A program made the translations under genes and the position numbers. The notes below the pieces were generated by a model that searched no databases, was not told the DNA's origin, and saw only the letters and a program-made list of their open reading frames with translations. From Octopus vulgaris (lineage: Eukaryota), in contig OX597828.1 of the NCBI GenBank assembly GCA_951406725.2, positions 56,296,001 through 56,360,000 on the forward strand: a DNA stretch of 64,000 nt. The letters are read 5' to 3'. Every line of letters begins with the position of its first letter. Position 1 is the stretch's first letter. This document shows, one piece after another, positions 55,601-64,000 of the stretch.

Positions 55601-57377
55601 TTCTTTGTTAGGAAACAATACAACCTAATTTAAATGGTAATTCGCTCAAAGAAATGATTCAGAAATTTATATTATGTTGCTTGGCAACAGTAACCTTGCT
55701 TTTCTTTGTATGATACTTTGGCAGAGAATGTACATTATTAATATGGAATGTGGGGGTTATGTGGTTAGATATGTGATCCCTTTCGAGAGGAAACTCAAGC
55801 GGTTAAGAACGTACGCACAGTCACATGAAAATACACTCACATATACAAATATTCCCGCACGGTCACAAATATATACAGAGTGATAGAGTAAAGCGAAGGA
55901 GAGGGAAAATCGTTTTCCTAGGATTTTCAACTAAATCAGATATTCAGACACGAAATTGGCACGGAGGTTCAACAGATCGGCGTTATGTGAATTTATGTTT
56001 ATCTGGAATAATGAAATTTGCAGAATGGGTGTCATATATATCACGTAACGAACATGTGTAACAATTACAAGCTACCTCGCTGGACGGAGTTATTCCAATG
56101 GCGATTTAACTTGCCATTCATTTTCAACAGAAAAACTGTTGCGTGTTAGATTAAGAAATATAATAGCGCTTGCAAACCTCACGAAATTTGTAATATAAAT
56201 CTATCAGGGATGGACAGTTAGAACGACAGTTCGCTTTAAACTTGAAAACAAAATGACGCCTTACAAATAATATTATTACGTATCACGATCAGTGGAATGC
56301 AATTTATGTGACGTTTAATTATATGTCACGAATTCAGGTTATTCTCATTTCCAGTTGAGTTGGCTGCTGAAAATATGTAACATGTTCATGCTGGTGCAAC
56401 TTTGTCTCAGTCTACTGTCACAAAAGTCATGCACCATTGGATCAAACTTTAACAGGGTTGGAGGAATATAGTCACGGATAGTTGAAAGACTGCTCAGAGA
56501 TTCCCCCAGTAAGAGTTTCTATATTTGTTATTTATACTAAATGCTTTGTTGTCCATATAAGTTTGTATTGCACTTGGGCGAATGTATGTGATAAACTAAA
56601 TGTAAAGTCACCTACGCGAGTCATATCGACCGATCAAAGCCATTTTCCCCTGTTTTGTGGCGTATGAACTTCCCATCGAAACAGGACGCTGGTCTATCGC
56701 AGTATTACTCATTTTTGCCAGCTGACTGGGCTGCAGCAACGGGAAATGAAATGTTTTTCTCAACACCACAACAATCTTATGATCTTGAGTTCAACGCCCT
56801 AACCACTATGCCACGCATGTCCACGTGGTTGTATGTGCATCAGAGGAAACTAATAAAGGCTTTGTTAAGTAATTTTCAAAGAAGACATTTGAATACCATG
56901 ATATTGTTGAGATACATTACAGTCAGTAATTCCACTTAAGTTTCCATTATACATTTTCGCAGGAAAGCAAATTAACATTGAATTTTCACGTCTTGCTTAG
57001 GTAACATCACCAGACGCTCTGATGACAAATAGGCTGATATCTCAAAAAAGTTTTTCTTTAAAAATAACACATCTATTACAAATATTCAGATGTCCTGTAG
57101 ATTAATGTTAAAAATATTTTCTCTATAATTTTACACATAACAATATTACATATATATGTATGAGCTTTTGAGAAGTATTTTCCGATTAATCTAAAAGACA
57201 AGTGAATATTTGTATCAAGTATCGTATTTTTGTAAGAATACTGTTTTTACAATTTCGGCCAAAGTGTCGTCCAACTACCTTCCTTTTTTTATCTACGTTT
57301 GGAAGTGTGTGTATATATATACGTATGTGTGTGAGTGTGTGTCTGTCTGTGTGTTTGTATGTGTATGTGTGGGTGTA

Positions 57378-57420
<43 letters not shown>

Positions 57421-57454
57421 TACATACCTACATACGTACATATATATATAGAAA

Positions 57455-58450
57455 GAAGTCGCACGACACTACCGCAACGTATCATCGAATGAAAGGATGA
57501 GCTTATATGACCAAGTTTCCATACATGAGGCTGATGACATCATAAGACTTTAAAAGCAGCTCCTTGAGCAATGTTTTGGTTCTGATAACATTAAATACAT
57601 GCCCAAGGAAGTCGCACGACTCTACCGCAACGTATCATCAGATGAAAGGATGAGCATATATGAGCAGAAGTCTATGTATGGATATGTTTGTAGAAAGCTG
57701 CGAGGTAATAGTAACATGGATCATCAAAGCAGTCTGTCGTGGACCAATAACTGGATTACTACCTACCACTTTGAAGGGTATGCGTTTGAAATCCAAGAAC
57801 AGGAAATATCCACAAAATGACCGATGCACAAAAGGGATAGAGATTCAGGAAAAGCAGTAAAATTTGACAACCAATGCAGACTCTCTGGAGATAACATCGA
57901 AAATATCACCAACATCATAAGCAGTTGTCCGAAAATGTTATCACGGTATGATCTACCGATGAGACATGACGTTGTAGCTTGGATACTCTATAATGTAATC
58001 CGTCGGAAGAATAACTGCGAGGACAAAGAAATAAGAACCTACAGTATGTTAGAAGCCATAGCCACGTATGATAAAAGGAGTTCTTGCGGAAATTACCATT
58101 GAAAACATTAATAAAATGTAAGCACAACAGACCTGATACAATGATTTGGGATAGAGGAGATAAACTGTGTACAGTTGTGGAAATTAGCTGCCAAGCGGAA
58201 GTTAACAAAATGCTGAAGATCGGGGAAAAGTAGAATACCCACCTTCAACTATTGAGAAATCTACACTTACTCTATCTAGATTACGAGTTCAGGTTTATAT
58301 CTGTAATTATTTGGGCCCTGAGATATGTAACACTCTGCCTAAATACCAATCTTCAGAAATTAGGTTTTTAAAAACCAGAAACGAGAAGGCTAATTTGAAG
58401 AAATATCAGTGTAAATGAATATATCTACAAAACTTACCAGAAGTTTATAA
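57455..58450 (+). mobile_element. R4/Dong-like non-LTR element, 3-prime part with restriction-like endonuclease
   Basis: EGYAFEIQEQEISTK; CRL...ENITNIISSC...RHD (degenerate CCHC knuckle); HNRPD..IWD.....VVEISC (PD-D/E). A ~56 bp block is repeated at 57455 and 57608. Confidence 0.85.
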
Positions 58451-58886
58451 TTTAAATATATATGAGCATGACTAGATATGCAACAATATGCATAGAAATA
58501 CATACATAAAGCAAAACATACAAATCTGCACATATACATAATACATACATACATATATACATACATACATATATAAACAAGCAGACATACAAAACTGATC
58601 TATGTAACATGTTGAATTTTTCTGTGTATGTTCTGCACTGTTGATTTCTGTACACATGCTCTTCTGTAACTGATGGTATAAGGAATTAGTAGGTTTGTCT
58701 GCCCTACGAATTTTGTTCTAATGCGTCGCGAATTACTGATGGCCGATGGTATACTCCAAAGAAATGTGTATAAGAATCTTGAAGACAAAGCTTTTAAGTT
58801 TCTAGTATATGTCTTAATAGCAAATCTTCCTTTCTTTATCTATGTTTATGGGTGTGTGTATGTGTGAGTGTGTGTAATATATCTAC

Positions 58887-58926
<40 letters not shown>

Positions 58927-61129
58927 GGTCCGTGTTAAGAGTGATGTGTTATGCCCATTCGATTACTTGACAAATACAACAAAGCACCTTCACATCTTCT
59001 CCAAAATCAATTTTGTTTTTCATCCAGAAATTAAGCTGAACATGCACAAAACAAATTTACATTTTTATCTGGCACTTTTCGGTTGGCCAATAAAAGTTCT
59101 TTATTCGGCCGATATACTTCTTGAGAAGATATCAACACAAATAAAGCGCTTTACCGTTTTACACCACTTTTCTAATACTGTCTGTTTTGTTTGATTAGGA
59201 ATTTTGATTTTTTCGATAATTTACACATATTCGTCCGTGTGAATTCGAATGTATTTGTAAATAACGTCACTTTTTATTAATTAAAATTATCTGCCTGAAA
59301 TTAACACATAACATTACTTCAGGAAATTATAAAAAAGAAAAGCTATTTTCATCTTCAGAATGAGTTGTGCAAAATTATGTAAGCTGAAGTGAATTTAAAG
59401 TATACGATTTTTACGATCGTGTTCATTTCTGACATTTAATATGTTTCTTTTTTTTTTTGTCCCTTTGAGCTAACTTAATATTTTTCTGTATTTTGACATT
59501 GAACATATTAGACAGAAGTGAGGACTATTATAGTTTGTGTCAAGCACATTTTGATTGTCAATATAAGACCTTACATATTACGCTTGAATGCCAGATGCAT
59601 TAATGGTTTGTGTACGGTAACACATGGCATATTATTCTTAGTTTTACCAATTTTCCGTTTCCTAATTTTTGCGTATAATGTAGTCTTAAAAGTTATTTTA
59701 ATTCTAGTGAATTTAGATCTACAGAAACGTATTTGTTGTAACCAAGTTTTCTGTAATTGTAATATTGTATTGCGAATTTCTCACAACATTTAGAATATTC
59801 AATGTATAGGCGTTGTCCACATAGCACATTTTTGGCAAATTTGCACGCCATACTGGATTGCTTACAAATTACGCAAGCAATTATATTTTCCGGATAGGAA
59901 GTCTACAAAACACGTGATGCTTTGTAAATAACAGCTGTAGACTCTTATATATTTGGAACATAAGGTGTCAATGACTTATTTGTGACTGAGCAAAATGATC
60001 ACAGCTATTCCCAAAGAATCAATGATGGTGGATTTTGCCGATGATGACGTGCAATGACACAATTCAGTGATTTGCAATTCCGTAACAGTTCTTCTGCGTA
60101 TTCACCCGCTACTGATAAACTTTTATGCACTATAAGTTTTCTGAAGACTAGAAAAATACGTCAGTTATGTAGCTTCCTATACGTATATTCACTTAAAATA
60201 AGATATGCATAATGCTATTCTGAACCACTGTTTCTTCCGTTAATAACAGCGAATGTTTATCCAGCCCAACAGTTATTTGCAACACCAGATATTTGTTAAT
60301 CACTGTTGTCTGTATCAGTAGAGGTGAAATTTGTATCGAATAGAACATTAAACCAAATTTATATCTTGGAATGAAAGAAATTTCTTCAAAGATATAAGAA
60401 TAATGTACTAATTTTATGTTATTGCCAACAGGATTTGATTAATCGAATGCACGGGGAAGATAGATCTAGAATTAGAATCACGTTTTCGGCTAAAATTAGT
60501 TAAGAGAAAGTAACAGCTAAAATAGTGTAGATAGTTTTGTATTTATAATATATCCTTAAAATTATTTGGTGTGTATGTGAAAATAGAAACTTCGATATAC
60601 TAGAGTTCGTCTCTGTGTCTAGTCATGTGATTGTATTCTGTTAATACTACACAATTTCTTCAACACGTTAATCAATAGGGAATTTAAAGAGAATACCTCA
60701 AAGACGGTTGTCATTTTTGTTTACTTGTTTCCTTAGGCTGGAGTGGAAAATCGATACTAAGTTTCTAGATACAAATTGAATATTTTTAGTAATATTAACA
60801 TTCAGTAAATGAGATTTCGCACAATTCTTCAACTAAGGAACATAATACTGTAATACTTCCTTCCATTCATATTACTTTACATGACATTATTCGTCCCAGG
60901 CAACAGCAAACTAGCTAGCTACAGCAAAATATAAGTCGTTATGAATAGATACGAATTCACTCGTCTATATAAATGTGGATATGCTGATTAACTTTTATAC
61001 GTTATATTTATATATAAAAAAATTTTTTGTATAAGTTTTTATCGAATATGGTCCTTTTCCATACCGAAATACTACTAGGTGAAATTTGTTGCTTTTATTA
61101 AATTAATTATCTTTTACCCTATATCTGTA

Positions 61130-61198
<69 letters not shown>

Positions 61199-61234
61199 CG
61201 AAGTAAACACAGGGCTAAGCACTATCCGAAATTG

Positions 61235-61445
61235 GCCGATGCCTGTGTCTGCTGACTAGCTGAGTTCAGGTGGAACGTAAAAAGGCACCCACTACATTAT
61301 CGGAGGGCATCCAGCTGTAAAACATTGCTAGATAAGACTGTAGCTTGGTGCAGTCGCTGGCATTTTACTAGAACTCAGATAACCAGCCCAACGCATGCAA
61401 GCATGGAAAACGGGGGTTAAACGAAGGTAGTGATGATCATGATGA
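61235..61445 (+). mobile_element. SINE fragment with an RTE-like 3-prime tail
   Basis: GGGCATCCAGCTGTAAAAC...GCAAGCATGGAAAACGGGGGTTAAACG followed by a (GAT)n-like end. Confidence 0.5.
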
Positions 61446-61723
61446 ACCTGATATATATACTGGAAACGGGACATTATATGCCAGGCATGGCTCGAGGAGG
61501 AACAAAGAATATACCTGTATATACATGCGTGTCTGTCTTTGTCCCCGCTGCCATCGCTTGAGAGCCGGTGATGGTGTGTTTACGTCACCGTAACTTAGCC
61601 GTTCAACAAAAAAGACCGATAGAATAAGTACTAGACTTACATAGAATGAGTCCTGCTGTTGATTTCTCCAACTAAAGCCGGTGATCCAGCATGGTCGCAG
61701 TCAACTGATTGAAACTAGTAAAG

Positions 61724-61809
<86 letters not shown>

Positions 61810-63544
61810 TAGTCTTACTCGGATACGTTGGAAGATAGAGAGTAGTATATCCTTGCTTTTTGAGTGGAGTTCCAAATATTCTTAATATATTCAGATTACG
61901 ATTATAAACACATTTGATTCTTAAGCTATCAAAGATTTCATTATTTCTCTCTCTTCTATGAAATGTGAACGCCTGCTATGACACCGGATACACTTTCTGT
62001 AATTTTTCCCGAAGTTATCACGTAGCGTTTTCAACTGAAATCATGAACATATAAACCCACGTAATTATTAATAATAACCGTAAAGTATAACATAATTATC
62101 AGTAATTAATTATAATTACCATATTACATAATTATTTATAATTAACAGTTGTTATTAAAATCACATAAGATTTATTTTAAATTACATGGCATCTCACTGG
62201 AAAATCCATAAACATCCATAAGTGTTATTGAAACATCTGTGCAGTTTGAGAGGAAGTTTATTTTAAAGTGTCACACATAACGGAGTCTCCTATGTTTTGT
62301 AACTTATAGTATCGATGCAATATGAAGAAAGACACTCTTCTTTGAGTTGAATTAGATACAAAACTAGGAAACACTACATATAGCTTCTATATTATTCTAC
62401 TTAAAGTTTAGGTTCCAGATTTTGGTAAAAGGCCACCATGTTCGGGCAGGGATAAGTCAATTACATCCGCTCAATTGATCAATTAGTACTGTTTTTATTG
62501 ACACCAGTGGCATTTGAGCTCAGAACCTAAACACGGACGAAATGCCGCTTAGCATTTTGCCCGGTGTACTAAAAGTTAGAGAAGGATATCGAAGAACACA
62601 GAAAGAAAATTAAGGTGGGAAAATGATGAAGTTATAATAATTTCTCCATTGATGATTAAGGATGTCAATGACATCCAACATACGGCACATAAAGATAGGA
62701 AATAACACTATAGAATAGCAGAGAATCATACCTGTCCCCGTCTACGACACATATTGCAAGTGTCTAAACCAATGAAATCGATGGCATTTCATTATCTCAA
62801 ATGTTTAATATTCCAAAGCTGCAATAATATAAACGTTGCCTGAGGTTTCCAGAGTGTTAACTTCACCAGAAATCTGTGGAGAACGTAACTGGTAAGACTG
62901 TTCTTCGTTTAGGAAGCAGTCAAGTAAAGGAATGGTAATAAACCAGTACTTTTACGCTTACACTACGCATTTTATATCTCTGAAACTAGAATTGTGGACT
63001 ATTATATGTAGCAAATACGTCATACTCCGCATAAAGACTTTTTGACATTTAGATGTCTCTATGTCTTATGCCGCACTGTTCACATCGTACTAACATTCAG
63101 ACTCATACAAAATAGTCTTCGTTAAAATAAATTCTAGACTAATGAGTGTGTGCCAGTAATTGCTAAATTTGTGGAAAGGATCCCTATGGATTTGCAATAA
63201 GATATATCTTGCAGTGTTTTCAGGATATAGAATATCATTCCAGATACTTACATTGCACCTGTATTTTAGCGCAACTGTATGTATTCACTTCCAGCAGATT
63301 TATTCTGGCCTACCGCTGCTAATATCGAATCTCTAGAAATGAAGAGGGAAGAAGCATACTAACTTTTATTCAATGCTTTATTTGAATGTGGTTTGCAAAA
63401 TAGATCATTCTGGAAGTTATCATCTCATCTTATTCTTCTGAGTATACTGACATTTTGAGGTTGTTTTCATACTTGTACTATTCAAACGTTTCTTTGTTGA
63501 TCTAGCAGTGGAAATTAAATTTTGTTGCATGATCATTAATACTT

Positions 63545-63675
<131 letters not shown>

Positions 63676-64000
63676 TAGATGTATAGAATTTTTTGCGTAA
63701 TGAGATAAAAAAAACAAAGCTGTGTAGATATTAAAACATTTATATATAGAAATGTTCTATCTCTATCTAAATGTTCTAATATCTACACAGCCTTGACTTT
63801 TGCTATCTCATTATGCACAATATTCTTATATACACGCGCTGACATGTGACCAACTTTGAACCCTTTATTTGCAAGATTACCGAACCCGGAACTTAACTAT
63901 GGTCTGCCTATAACACTTATTCAGCATTACCTCCTATATATATATATCAAACTCAACCCCAAAGTGTTCTTTTCATTTGCGAGGAAACGCAGGGTCACTG

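Overview
AT-rich, microsatellite-saturated animal genomic DNA. The SINE families and the (TA)n/(TAGA)n density resemble an octopod cephalopod, but this is inference. I found no intact host gene; most long ORF-track entries are microsatellite artefacts or TE fragments. The window holds decayed Tc1/mariner elements, Tx1-, CR1- and R4/Dong-like LINE fragments, a Helitron, a small hAT MITE, several SINE families, a triplicated ~1.1 kb unit, and scattered stop-riddled exon-like segments on the minus strand. The main result is a Penelope-like (PLE) retroelement and hammerhead ribozyme system. (i) A young, near-complete Neptune-type PLE locus at 40179-45943 has a pLTR, an inverted partial copy and 43 bp of captured flanking DNA at the junction. 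It also has a U_UUU_UUA slippery site between ORF1 and RT, and three copies of a non-canonical U3-A8 hammerhead. (ii) Two unrelated non-coding fold-back elements sit in (TA)n tracts at 1960-2702 and 19158-19639, each with a type I hammerhead motif on both strands. All structures and alignments were read by eye, and many boundaries are approximate.
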